Positions 20,963-31,064 of a stretch of DNA of 64,000 nucleotides are shown piece after piece. The position numbers and the translations under genes were made by a program. The notes beneath the pieces are model-generated. The model made no database searches. It was given only the letters and a program-made list of their open reading frames with translations, and had not been told where the DNA came from. Location of the stretch: assembly GCA_041691675.1 (NCBI GenBank), contig JBEPUC010000018.1, positions 1,363-65,362 on the forward strand, given 5' to 3'. The stretch comes from Hyphomicrobiales bacterium. Lineage in GTDB: Bacteria; Pseudomonadota; Alphaproteobacteria; Rhizobiales; Xanthobacteraceae. Position 1 is the first letter of the stretch, and the number at the start of each line of letters is the position of its first letter.

Positions 20963-21295
20963 TCATTTCGCCGTTATCGTGCCCTTCCCGGTGTCAGGAT
21001 GATAATCGTCGAAGAATTTGTACGTGCCGGGCTTGAGCGGGCTGATGCGCACGATGATCTTGCCGCCGCCGACAACGAATTTCTCGACCCGCAGGTCGCT
21101 GCTCTCGAATTCGGCCGGCGTCGCATCGAGATTTTCGACTTCGATCTGAAAGCGCTGATTGGCCGGCACGTCGAGTGTGTCCGGCGAGAACACATGATCC
21201 TTGATCGTCAATTTGAGCGCCTCCTGCGCATGCGCCGAAGACGGCTGTGCCAGCAAAGCCGCCGCCAGGCAAAGGCCGGACGCGACGCCGCTCAA
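20963..21295 (-). CDS. Cupredoxin-1 domain protein (FtrB-like)
   Basis: Signal peptide; NLDATPAEFESSDLRVEK and PGTYKFFDDYH. TTG start is inferred. Confidence 0.85.
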   Translation of the reverse strand: MSGVASGLCLAAALLAQPSSAHAQEALKLTIKDHVFSPDTLDVPANQRFQIEVENLDATPAEFESSDLRVEKFVVGGGKIIVRISPLKPGTYKFFDDYHPDTGKGTITAK

Positions 21296-21421
21296 TCTTT
21301 TCCATTGTCCGCGATGATCCTTGACATTAATCAACGCGAGCTTACTGAGCTTGAGAAAACGCATTGGCAGAGCCTCTCCGTGCTTTAACGATCAAGGTGG
21401 CGACGAGTCAGGACTGAAATA

Positions 21422-21958
21422 ATGGCCGACCCTAACGTATTCGATTTAATTCGCATTCCGAATGAGACGCTGATCGCGCTTGACTGGCGTCCCTTCCGTT
21501 TCGCGGTCCAGCCTTATCATTACGTTATCCGCCTCGTTCATATCCTTTCGATGGCGGCGTTCTTCGGCGGCATCGCAGCTTTGGATTTGCGCCTGCTCGG
21601 ATGGAAGCCGCCGTTGCCGCTGAAAGCCTTCGCGGAACAGGTTATTCCCTGGCTTTACGTCACTTTCGGCATCGCCATCGCCACCGGGCTGGCCCTGTTC
21701 TTTTACGACCCGCTCCATGTCGGCAGTCACGCCTACTTCACGCCCAAACTCATTCTCACGATGCTTGGTGTTATCAATGCCTGGCTGTTTCAGCGCACCG
21801 GCTATCTCGCGTCCCTCCCCGTCGATACGCCGGCGGCGCACCAGCCGACGACGCATGCGCGCCTGATCGGCGCCGTGTCATTGGTGCTCTGGATCGGCGT
21901 TGTCGTCTGCGCCTGCCTCAATGTCGAAGCCGCGCCGAAGCGGCTGCTCATCCCCTAA
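21422..21958 (+). CDS. Membrane protein (DUF6644-like)
   Basis: Four TM segments; HILSMAAFFGGIAALDLRLLG and TGLALF motifs. Confidence 0.7.
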   Translation: MADPNVFDLIRIPNETLIALDWRPFRFAVQPYHYVIRLVHILSMAAFFGGIAALDLRLLGWKPPLPLKAFAEQVIPWLYVTFGIAIATGLALFFYDPLHVGSHAYFTPKLILTMLGVINAWLFQRTGYLASLPVDTPAAHQPTTHARLIGAVSLVLWIGVVVCACLNVEAAPKRLLIP

Positions 21959-22025
21959 CTCATCTCGACCCATGCGGGATGATCGCCACCGTGTAAAGCG
22001 AATAACGATCACATCGGCGTATGGA

Positions 22026-22058
22026 ATTGGAATACTTCTTTGATAGAATTATTCTAAT
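22026..22058. promoter_or_regulatory. Irr-type iron control element (ICE)-like boxes
   Basis: GATAGAA-TTA-TTCTAAT (22042-22058) resembles TTTAGAA-N3-TTCTAAA. A weaker copy ATTGGAA-TAC-TTCTTTG lies just upstream. Confidence 0.45.
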
Positions 22059-22135
22059 TTGAATGCAGAAACGCGAAACCGTCCCGGACGGTTGGTCCGG
22101 GACGGCTCTAGAAGCTCGGCGCGTTCGTGATGAGT

Positions 22136-22297
22136 TTAGAAGACCGCGACATACTTCAACAGCGACAACACGCCGATGATGATGACGACGATGCGCACGA
22201 TCTGTTTGGCGCGTCCGTCGATCGGCAACATGTTGACGAGATAAAGCACCAGAACGATCACCAGGAAGGTGACCAGAATGCTGATCAATAGACTCAT
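22136..22297 (-). CDS. 53-aa two-TM membrane protein (Thivi_2564-like)
   Basis: Below the ORF track cutoff: MSLLISILVTFLVIVLVLYLVNMLPIDGRAKQIVRIVVIIIGVLSLLKYVAVF. Confidence 0.8.
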   Translation of the reverse strand: MSLLISILVTFLVIVLVLYLVNMLPIDGRAKQIVRIVVIIIGVLSLLKYVAVF

Positions 22298-22386
22298 GGC
22301 AGCCCCCGTTCGATCACGCCGCGATGGCGCGATTCCACGCCATTAAGCGCGCGCGAAACAATAAGTTCCACCGGCCTCGGCCGTTA

Positions 22387-22797
22387 TCAACGCCTTTGAG
22401 AACCGGCGGACGGCGGCGCGGATGAAGCAGCGCCAGCGGCGGAGCCGCAGTTCTTGGCGGCGCTCGCTTTGCGCAATTCGTTCATTTCGCCATGGACTTG
22501 CAGATATTCCGGGCGATAGGCCAAGGCCGAAGCGAATTTGCCGGAAGCATCCCGCCCGGCTTTGGCAGTCAGCGCCTCAAGCTCGGCTTCCCGCGTGGAC
22601 TTGGTCTTGGCTTCCACGGCCAGTTGATCGCAGTTGTAGTATTCGTATTTGTCCGGCGAGACCAGAAACCGCCCAAGCTTGTCGTCCGACACGCCCTGCG
22701 CGCCGCAACCAGCCAAAAGCGCACTAAATGTAGCCAACATGGCAACCGACAAGATCGGACTGATGAAATTCGCCTTGATGAAATAACGCAATCGCAT
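22387..22797 (-). CDS. Putative lipoprotein
   Basis: Lipobox LLAGC and a PDKYEYYNCDQL motif. Confidence 0.7.
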   Translation of the reverse strand: MRLRYFIKANFISPILSVAMLATFSALLAGCGAQGVSDDKLGRFLVSPDKYEYYNCDQLAVEAKTKSTREAELEALTAKAGRDASGKFASALAYRPEYLQVHGEMNELRKASAAKNCGSAAGAASSAPPSAGSQRR

Positions 22798-23004
22798 GGC
22801 TCCAGTTAGGAAATCAAACTGCGGCATTATTACGCCGCTTCAAGTTTCAGGTGGTGCGGGGAAACGATTCACCAGGCCGCACGTCAGACGACCGAATAGG
22901 TCCGCCCGAGTCAAGAGCCGGTCAACGGCCCTGCCTGCTCGACGGTGAGCCGAGCCAAAATCGCCTGCATCTGGTCTATCCCATCTCCACTACGGATTTT
23001 ACGA

Positions 23005-23322
23005 CTATTTGGCCTTTTCGATCTTCATGACTGTGAACTGACCGTTGACCCGATCAGCTTTGAACTTGACCTTGTCGCCCGCCTTGACCGCTTTGAGCAT
23101 TGCCGGGTCATTCGCCCGGAACACCATGGTCATGCCTTCGTCCATGTCGAACTTCTTGATAGGGCCGTGCTTGATGGTGATCTTACCTGCGGCTTGATCG
23201 ACTTTCGTCACCTGACCTGCGGTGACTTCCGCCGCCTGCGCCGCCGCTCGATCCTGACCGGTTGCAAGTACCGGCATCAATCCGACCACCGCAATCATTG
23301 CCATCATCGTAGGTTTTTTCAT
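23005..23322 (-). CDS. CusF-like copper-binding periplasmic protein
   Basis: KITIKHGPIKKFDMDEGMTMVF and VKAGDKVKF. Confidence 0.9.
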   Translation of the reverse strand: MKKPTMMAMIAVVGLMPVLATGQDRAAAQAAEVTAGQVTKVDQAAGKITIKHGPIKKFDMDEGMTMVFRANDPAMLKAVKAGDKVKFKADRVNGQFTVMKIEKAK

Positions 23323-23347
23323 TGTCGTTCTCCTTTTTGATTTTAAG

Positions 23348-23827
23348 TTACTTAACACTGACGCTGCCGAGCATTCCGGCCTCGCGATGTCCCGGAATCA
23401 GGCAGGCAAATTCAAACGTGCCGGCCTTGGAAAATTTCCAAACCAGTTCGGTCTTCGCTTTAGGTTCAAGCGTCTTTCCGTTCGCGTCGTCGTGCTCCAT
23501 GTCCGGGAATTTCTGCATGAGAAGGCTGTGCTTGTCGTTGTCGGCTACGCTTGCGAGCATAAATTCATGTTTGAGCTTTCCCGCATTTGTAATGACGAAA
23601 CGGATTTGTTCGCCTTTTTTGACGTGGAGTCTGTTTGGCTCGAATATCATCCGGCCGTCGTCAGTCTCACGCATCACGACATTGATCAGGCGCGCGGGTT
23701 TCTTGGCATCGCCGGGCTCGCCCGCGGAAAAATGCTCGCCCTCGTGTGCCTGTACGGGAACGCCCGCACTCAGTAACGCGAGCAGCGCGGCTCCCAGCAA
23801 TCCGGTCTTCATTCTCTTCAAAATCAT
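23348..23827 (-). CDS. Periplasmic cupredoxin (plastocyanin/azurin-like)
   Basis: HEFML and FACLIPGHREAGM type-1 Cu ligands. Confidence 0.9.
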   Translation of the reverse strand: MILKRMKTGLLGAALLALLSAGVPVQAHEGEHFSAGEPGDAKKPARLINVVMRETDDGRMIFEPNRLHVKKGEQIRFVITNAGKLKHEFMLASVADNDKHSLLMQKFPDMEHDDANGKTLEPKAKTELVWKFSKAGTFEFACLIPGHREAGMLGSVSVK

Positions 23828-23850
23828 TACGGCCTCCTCTTTGGGTTCTT

Positions 23851-25245
<1,395 letters not shown>

Positions 25246-25253
25246 GATCGCTC

Positions 25254-26690
25254 CTAGTGCTCGCTCGTGGCTTCGCCACCCGCCATTGCTGCTGTTTGCG
25301 GTTCGCCGCCGGCGTCATCCGCGCCGCCGCCAAGAATGGCCGTGCCGAGATTGCTCTGCGCCAGCCAGAAATCGCGTTCGGCCTCTATGGCCGCCATGTT
25401 GGATGTGATGCGTTGGCGCGCTTCGGTCAGAAGCGAGAAAACATCGATCTGCATGGCGTTGTAGCGCAGCAAGGTTTCATCGGAGATGATCTTGCGCAGC
25501 GGCAGAACCTCGCGCTGATAATGCCGGGCGATGTCGTAACTGGCCCGGTATGTCTGGTAGGCCACCCGCGCCTGCGACCGCACGTTGACCGCCTTTGCCG
25601 CAAGGCGGTTGACCGCCTGCATATACGTTTGCTCGGCCTGTCGATTCTTGACCTGCCCGAAGTCGAAGATCGGAATTTCGAAATCGACTTCAACGCCCTG
25701 TTCCCGGACTTTACCGGCATCGTCACGGGTCGTCTTTGAAACGCCCGCGACTTCGAGAAGATTGAGGACGCGGGTGGCGTTCGTCAGGCCGTAGGATTTT
25801 GCCAGCGCGGCTGCTTCAAGGCGCGCCACGCGCAGATCCAGCCGTTGTGCCACGGCCTCAATTTCAACGGCCGGCAATGACGCCGCCCGCGCCGGGAGTT
25901 TTGGCAAGGTGGTTGGGAGTTTGAAAGCAAGATCATTGCCCCATAATCCCATTGCCCTGATGAGCCGCTCGCGCTTACCCAATGCCTTCAGGCGGGCGGT
26001 GGCAAGCTGCGCGCTCAACTCCGCGTAAAACGCCTGATTACGCGCCTGATCGAGTTTGCCGAGCGTCCCGGCCTCGCCGAGCCGCGACGATAATTGGGCG
26101 GCTGATTCCGCAGCCGACTGCGCCTGTTTCAAAAAGCCGGCAAGGCTCGCCGCTGCAATAGCCCGGTAGTAGGACCGGCGCGTTTCCGCCGCTATCCGCA
26201 AAGTGGCTTCCGCTGCTTCAAATTTCGCCTGCCGGAAACGATCTTTCGCGATGTCCGCGCGCGCTGGAAGGGTCACGAGAGCAAGCACGTTACCGACAGC
26301 TCTGGCCTCAACTTCGACGCTGCTACCTCCGGCAATTCTTGAAATCGAAAAGCTGGGATTGGGCGGCAGGCTTGCGCCGACCATCAAGGCCTCGGAGATC
26401 CCGAGTGCATTGTAGGCCGCCTGGAGGTCCCGGTTGTTGGACAACGCAATCTGCACGGCCGCGTCGGCGGTCAGCCGTTTTTTAAGCAGACCTTCGACAC
26501 GGTTTCTGGCGGCGGTTTCATCAGCCTCGGTGCGCAGCGCCATGACATCTTTGCCAAGCGCGTTGCCGGCGATGTTGCCGACGGTCTTCATGCCACCGTC
26601 CGGCGAAAAGCTCGCGCAGCCGGATAGCACGAGACTGCCAAGGGCAACTGCTGTCAAGGATGGGATACGAATTCGCTTTTGGAAACTCAT
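25254..26690 (-). CDS. TolC-family outer membrane protein (copper resistance)
   Basis: Lipobox LSGC, PPNPSFSI, FEIPIFDFG and RYNAMQIDVF motifs. Confidence 0.88.
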   Translation of the reverse strand: MSFQKRIRIPSLTAVALGSLVLSGCASFSPDGGMKTVGNIAGNALGKDVMALRTEADETAARNRVEGLLKKRLTADAAVQIALSNNRDLQAAYNALGISEALMVGASLPPNPSFSISRIAGGSSVEVEARAVGNVLALVTLPARADIAKDRFRQAKFEAAEATLRIAAETRRSYYRAIAAASLAGFLKQAQSAAESAAQLSSRLGEAGTLGKLDQARNQAFYAELSAQLATARLKALGKRERLIRAMGLWGNDLAFKLPTTLPKLPARAASLPAVEIEAVAQRLDLRVARLEAAALAKSYGLTNATRVLNLLEVAGVSKTTRDDAGKVREQGVEVDFEIPIFDFGQVKNRQAEQTYMQAVNRLAAKAVNVRSQARVAYQTYRASYDIARHYQREVLPLRKIISDETLLRYNAMQIDVFSLLTEARQRITSNMAAIEAERDFWLAQSNLGTAILGGGADDAGGEPQTAAMAGGEATSEH

Positions 26691-26974
26691 TGCGCCTTCT
26701 CCTTTGGCGCAACATTGTCGTTCCGCTCGCGCCACGGCCGCGGCCCGACTGGACGGGCTGAGACGTAGCCGGAGACAGCTTGCCGGTAGGCAATAGCGGG
26801 CACGCGCGCTTGCGGGTCATCCGGATGCCGTCCGGACGTGACGGGGGGCGGCGCAGATGCGCAGGCCGCCAATAGCGGCAAACAAAAAATGGATACAAAC
26901 CCGGCATGACGAAGCCGGAATAGCGTCGTCTGCCGCGTGAATGCGGCATGACGCACCAAAACGTGCCTAAACAT
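26687..26974 (-). CDS. Small lipoprotein of the copper operon
   Basis: LLAAC lipobox and RPVGPRPWRERND; overlaps the TolC start. Confidence 0.7.
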   Translation of the reverse strand: MFRHVLVRHAAFTRQTTLFRLRHAGFVSIFCLPLLAACASAPPPVTSGRHPDDPQARVPAIAYRQAVSGYVSARPVGPRPWRERNDNVAPKEKAQ

Positions 26975-27054
26975 AAATCCTCACGAGCTGACATAGGGAT
27001 GCTTGCACGCGCGGACGATCCGCGAGGCGCGCGTTTACTGCATCAATTCAGATG

Positions 27055-27462
27055 TCAGGCGATCGGAGGTCTGATGGTCCGTCCGGGTGGGTGACCACCC
27101 ATGTCACGCGGCGGCGGAACCGCGATATCCTCCCCAATCCCATCGAATCCGAGCGCGATCTTGGTGTCGGCAGCCAATGCGGTCATGAAAAACAGACCGC
27201 AACAGGTCGTCGAACCTTTTTCGTCGGATTTCTGGGGACTATCCAAGCCATCACTGTGCTGGTGGGCCGAACTGTCCGCATGAACATGCGCGGACTTGCC
27301 ATGCTGATGCGGCGTGGATTCCGCCTGTGTCAGGCAATGTACGGCATCGGACGAATGCACGAGCGCCACCGCAACATGCGGTGCAAGCACGCAAAACGCA
27401 TAAAGCACCGCGAGAAACGTCGCGATTTTCCTGCGGTTCGTCTTGATTGCACCAAGCAGCAT
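27055..27462 (-). CDS. His/Cys-rich hypothetical protein at the head of the copper operon
   Basis: Signal-like N-terminus, His cluster, TCCG motif and RPP C-terminus. Confidence 0.65.
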   Translation of the reverse strand: MLLGAIKTNRRKIATFLAVLYAFCVLAPHVAVALVHSSDAVHCLTQAESTPHQHGKSAHVHADSSAHQHSDGLDSPQKSDEKGSTTCCGLFFMTALAADTKIALGFDGIGEDIAVPPPRDMGGHPPGRTIRPPIA

Positions 27463-27658
27463 CGCTCACCGTAAGTGGACCAAATCGGGCCAGCACGTCA
27501 AAGGATAGACGGCGGCGAGAACATTTCAATGCAATTTGTCGAATTTTAGATGACTGCCCCACCGCAAATTTAAATCACCTTCCGGATCCGGGTTCCAATG
27601 ACAATTCTGGCGCCGCTTTATGATTAGTCCTAGAGTCACGGAAACAGAAAGGCCGGCC

Positions 27659-28633
27659 ATGCACGCACATTCCATTGACCAATGGCAGCACGACCACGCA
27701 TTTCTCGGCGCGGCCCACGACCGCAATGAACGAAAGACATGGTTCGTCGTCGCGATCACCGCCGCCATGATGGTGGCGGAAATCGTCGGGGGCAGCTTGT
27801 ATGGCTCCATGGCTCTGTTCGCGGATGGGTGGCACATGTCGACTCATGCCGCCGCGCTCGCAATTGCGGCCTTCGCCTATCGCTTCGCCCGCCGTCATGT
27901 TCACGACCCGCGTTTTTCGTTCGGCACCGGCAAGCTTGGCGAACTCGCCGGGTTTGCCAGCGCCGCTTTTCTTGCGCTCATTGCATTGTTCATTGGCTAT
28001 GAGTCGATCGCGCGGCTGTATGCGCCGGTGCCGATCCATTTTGGTGAGGCGATTGCCATCGCGGTCGTGGGACTATGTGTGAATCTGGTGAGCGCATGGC
28101 TTTTGCGTGACGACCACCATCACGGCCACCACAATCATCATCATGACGATACCCATGAATCTCATGATGATCATCATCATCATGGCCATGACAACAATCT
28201 GCGCGCCGCCTATGTGCATGTGCTCGCCGATGCGCTGACCTCCATCCTTGCCATCCTGGCCTTGGTGGCGGCGCTGCTGTATGGCTGGGTGTGGATGGAT
28301 GCGGCGGTTGGTATTATCGGAGCCTGCGTCATCGCGGCCTGGGCTGTCAGTCTGTTGCGCAGCTCGACGGCCGTTCTTTTGGACATGGTGCCGGATGGAA
28401 CGCTTGAGGCCCGCATTCGCACGCGGCTTGAAGTGGACGGCGACAAGGTCAGCGATTTGCATCTATGGCGCGTCGGCCCCGGGCATGTCGCGGTCATCGC
28501 CGCAATTGTTTCCGACAATCCGCAGGACCCTTCGGTCTACAAGGGGCGGCTTTCCGGGCTGGCTGGTCTCTCGCATGTGACTGTGGAAGTTCATCCTTGC
28601 AAGGAGCATCCGCCCCGGCTCGTGGCAGCTTGA
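27659..28633 (+). CDS. dmeF: CDF family Co/Ni efflux transporter
   Basis: GSMALFADGWHMSTH, a His-rich loop, NLRAAYVHVLADALTS and HLWRVGPG. Confidence 0.88.
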   Translation: MHAHSIDQWQHDHAFLGAAHDRNERKTWFVVAITAAMMVAEIVGGSLYGSMALFADGWHMSTHAAALAIAAFAYRFARRHVHDPRFSFGTGKLGELAGFASAAFLALIALFIGYESIARLYAPVPIHFGEAIAIAVVGLCVNLVSAWLLRDDHHHGHHNHHHDDTHESHDDHHHHGHDNNLRAAYVHVLADALTSILAILALVAALLYGWVWMDAAVGIIGACVIAAWAVSLLRSSTAVLLDMVPDGTLEARIRTRLEVDGDKVSDLHLWRVGPGHVAVIAAIVSDNPQDPSVYKGRLSGLAGLSHVTVEVHPCKEHPPRLVAA

Positions 28634-28737
28634 CGGGCTGGGCCGCTATGGATCGCCGGCTTTGTGCTCTCGAAGCTGTGATTCATCTTAAACCAGCAAT
28701 GGTTTCCTTCAAACGTCGGGCATGGTAGACTTAAGAC

Positions 28738-29148
28738 ATGCTCGTTTTTCGATTCATGACCCGCTTGTGTTTGACGCTTGCCGTGCTTGGCCTTGTGCTG
28801 GCTCCGCTGGCCCGTCCGGCGGCGGCGATGACCGTAAATGCGCCGGGCATGGATCAAGCAATGATATCCTCCATGTCGCAGACCATGCCTGCAGACATGG
28901 AATGCTGTCCGGATGATGCGATGCAGGCGGATGCGGGCAAAGTGCAAATGGATAACGACGCCGCCAAAATGCCGTGTGGCAAAGACTGCCCGCAAATGGC
29001 GGCGTGCATCGCAAGCCTCGCAAGTTTCACCGTGCAGGCGCAAAGCCTGCCGGTGCAGGTGAGCGCGACCGCGATCACCTACCTGCCCGTTGAGCGCAGC
29101 CTCGCGGGCCTCTCACGCCCCCCCGCGCCAAGACCTCCAACCGCCTGA
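28738..29148 (+). CDS. Met/Cys-rich hypothetical protein (CopL-like) heading the cus operon
   Basis: Signal peptide, MECC and PCGKDCPQMAAC, PPRPP C-terminus. Confidence 0.65.
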   Translation: MLVFRFMTRLCLTLAVLGLVLAPLARPAAAMTVNAPGMDQAMISSMSQTMPADMECCPDDAMQADAGKVQMDNDAAKMPCGKDCPQMAACIASLASFTVQAQSLPVQVSATAITYLPVERSLAGLSRPPAPRPPTA

Positions 29149-29295
29149 TTTTTCAAAAACTGCGGCGTCGCCAAGGGACGAATCCCTTTGGCGCTGCGCC
29201 CAAACGGCCCCGCATGGGCCGAACCACGCGTGCGTCGCGGGGCGAATGCTTCGCGCCTATCCGCACGCGCCATTTTGAAAATCAGGAGAACGACA

Positions 29296-29703
29296 ATGAC
29301 ATTGAAGACTTTAAAAACCGCCGCGATGGCGGTCGTGACCACCATGCTGGTTGGCAGTTTTAGCCTGCCCGCCTTTGCGGACATCAAGGACTACGCATTC
29401 CAGTTGGTGAAAAGCGAAGTCAAAAAAGGCGACGGCACGATTGTGGATGTGCGGCTGCTGAATACGAAAACTCAAAAACCGGTGCCGGACGCCGTGATAT
29501 TTGCCAAGCGCATCGACATGGCGCCGGACGGCATGGAAACGATGGCGGCGTCCATTGAGCTTGTCCCTTCGACCGAGCCGGGCGTGTACAGCTTCAAGGC
29601 CGGGCTATCGATGGAAGGGCGCTGGCAATTGTCGCTCAGCGCGAAAGTTCAGGGTGAGACGGATACGCTCACAAGCAAACTCATCGTGAAAGTCGTCCCG
29701 TGA
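29296..29703 (+). CDS. FixH/YtkA-like exported protein
   Basis: RIDMAPDGM, PGVYSF and MEGRWQLSLSAKVQGE. Confidence 0.8.
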   Translation: MTLKTLKTAAMAVVTTMLVGSFSLPAFADIKDYAFQLVKSEVKKGDGTIVDVRLLNTKTQKPVPDAVIFAKRIDMAPDGMETMAASIELVPSTEPGVYSFKAGLSMEGRWQLSLSAKVQGETDTLTSKLIVKVVP

Positions 29704-31064
29704 AGCGCAGGACTGTCATGATGATGATCCTCGCCGCTTGCGCGGCGGGGATCGGCGGCGTTTGGATCATTCCGGCGCGGGCCGCAGACAACGCAGCGGG
29801 CCCGGCGGTCTTATATTATCAAGATCCGGACGGCCGCCCGGCCTATTCTGCCGCGCCGAAAAACACCGACGATGGCCGCCCCTACCGCGCGGTCCATCAA
29901 GGTGAAGACGGAAGCGCCGAGCTCGTAAAATCGTCTGCGCCCCAGACCGCGTCGGAGACGAATAAAAAAATCAAATTCTACCGCAACCCGATGGGCCTGC
30001 CGGACATATCCAAAACGCCGAAGAAAGATTCGATGGGGATGGATTACATCCCCGTCTATGAGGGCGAACAGGATGACGCCACCAGCGTCACCCTGACGCC
30101 GGGCAAGATTCAGCGTCTCGGCGTCGCGACGCAGAAAGCGGCGTTGCGGGTGTTAAGCGTGCCGGTGCGCGCGCCCGGCACCATCCAGCTCGACGAGCGG
30201 CGGATTTCCGTGGTGTCGGTACGCTCGGAAGGCTTTGTTGATAAGGTTGAGGACGTCACAACCGGCACCGAAGTCAAAGCCGGCGAAAAGCTTTTACAGA
30301 TCTATTCGCCCGCCATTACGTCGGCGGCCATCGACTATGTCGCTGTCCTTAACGGCAAAATGAGCGAGGCCGCGCTGGCGGGCGGCCGTCAACGGTTGCT
30401 CAATCTCGACGCGCCGCCGGAATTAATCGCGCAAATCGATAAAACCCGCAGCATTCCGATCACCTTCACATGGACCGCGCCGCGCGATGGCATCGTGCTG
30501 GAACGCAACGTAGTGGACGGCCAGCGCGTGATGCCCGGCGATGTGCTGTTTCGTATCGCCGATCATAGCGTTGTCTGGGCGATGGTCGATGTCGCCGAAC
30601 GCGACCTTGCGATGGTCGCGCAAGGGCAAAAGGTCACCCTTAAAACCAGCGCCTACGGTGCGCGGGAATTCCCTGGCACGGTCGCGCTGGTCTACCCGCG
30701 TCTCGACCCCGCGACCCGCTCGGTGCGGGTGCGCATTGAACTCAAGAACGAAGATTTGGCCTTGCGCCCCGATATGTATGTCGAGGCGCTGATTGATACT
30801 GGCACGGGTAAGCCGGTGGTGGCGGTGCCGGAAAGCGCCGTCATCAACAGCGGCAGCCGCCAGATTGTAATTGTCGATCGCGGTGACGGCAGATTCTCAC
30901 CGCGCGTCGTGAAAATCGGCAGACACGGGCTCGGCTATGTCGAGATAAAGGACGGCGTCGCCGACGGCGAGAGCGTCGTTACGTCCGCCAATTTCCTCAT
31001 CGACGCCGAAAGCAATCTGCAATCGGCCTTGCAATCGATGACCGGTGCAGGGACCCAGCCATGA
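29700..31064 (+). CDS. cusB: CusB-like RND membrane fusion protein
   Basis: YRNPMG...KKDSMGMDYIPVY, LRPDMY and FLIDAES motifs. Confidence 0.9.
   Translation: MKRRTVMMMILAACAAGIGGVWIIPARAADNAAGPAVLYYQDPDGRPAYSAAPKNTDDGRPYRAVHQGEDGSAELVKSSAPQTASETNKKIKFYRNPMGLPDISKTPKKDSMGMDYIPVYEGEQDDATSVTLTPGKIQRLGVATQKAALRVLSVPVRAPGTIQLDERRISVVSVRSEGFVDKVEDVTTGTEVKAGEKLLQIYSPAITSAAIDYVAVLNGKMSEAALAGGRQRLLNLDAPPELIAQIDKTRSIPITFTWTAPRDGIVLERNVVDGQRVMPGDVLFRIADHSVVWAMVDVAERDLAMVAQGQKVTLKTSAYGAREFPGTVALVYPRLDPATRSVRVRIELKNEDLALRPDMYVEALIDTGTGKPVVAVPESAVINSGSRQIVIVDRGDGRFSPRVVKIGRHGLGYVEIKDGVADGESVVTSANFLIDAESNLQSALQSMTGAGTQP

Noticed and set aside
22852-22859. TGGTGCGG match to the tRNA 3' end as a left att site for the copper block
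   Set aside because: Only 8 bp, which is expected by chance in GC-rich sequence.
28110-28195. CAT/CAC/GAT repeats as a tandem array
   Set aside because: They encode the normal His-rich loop of DmeF.
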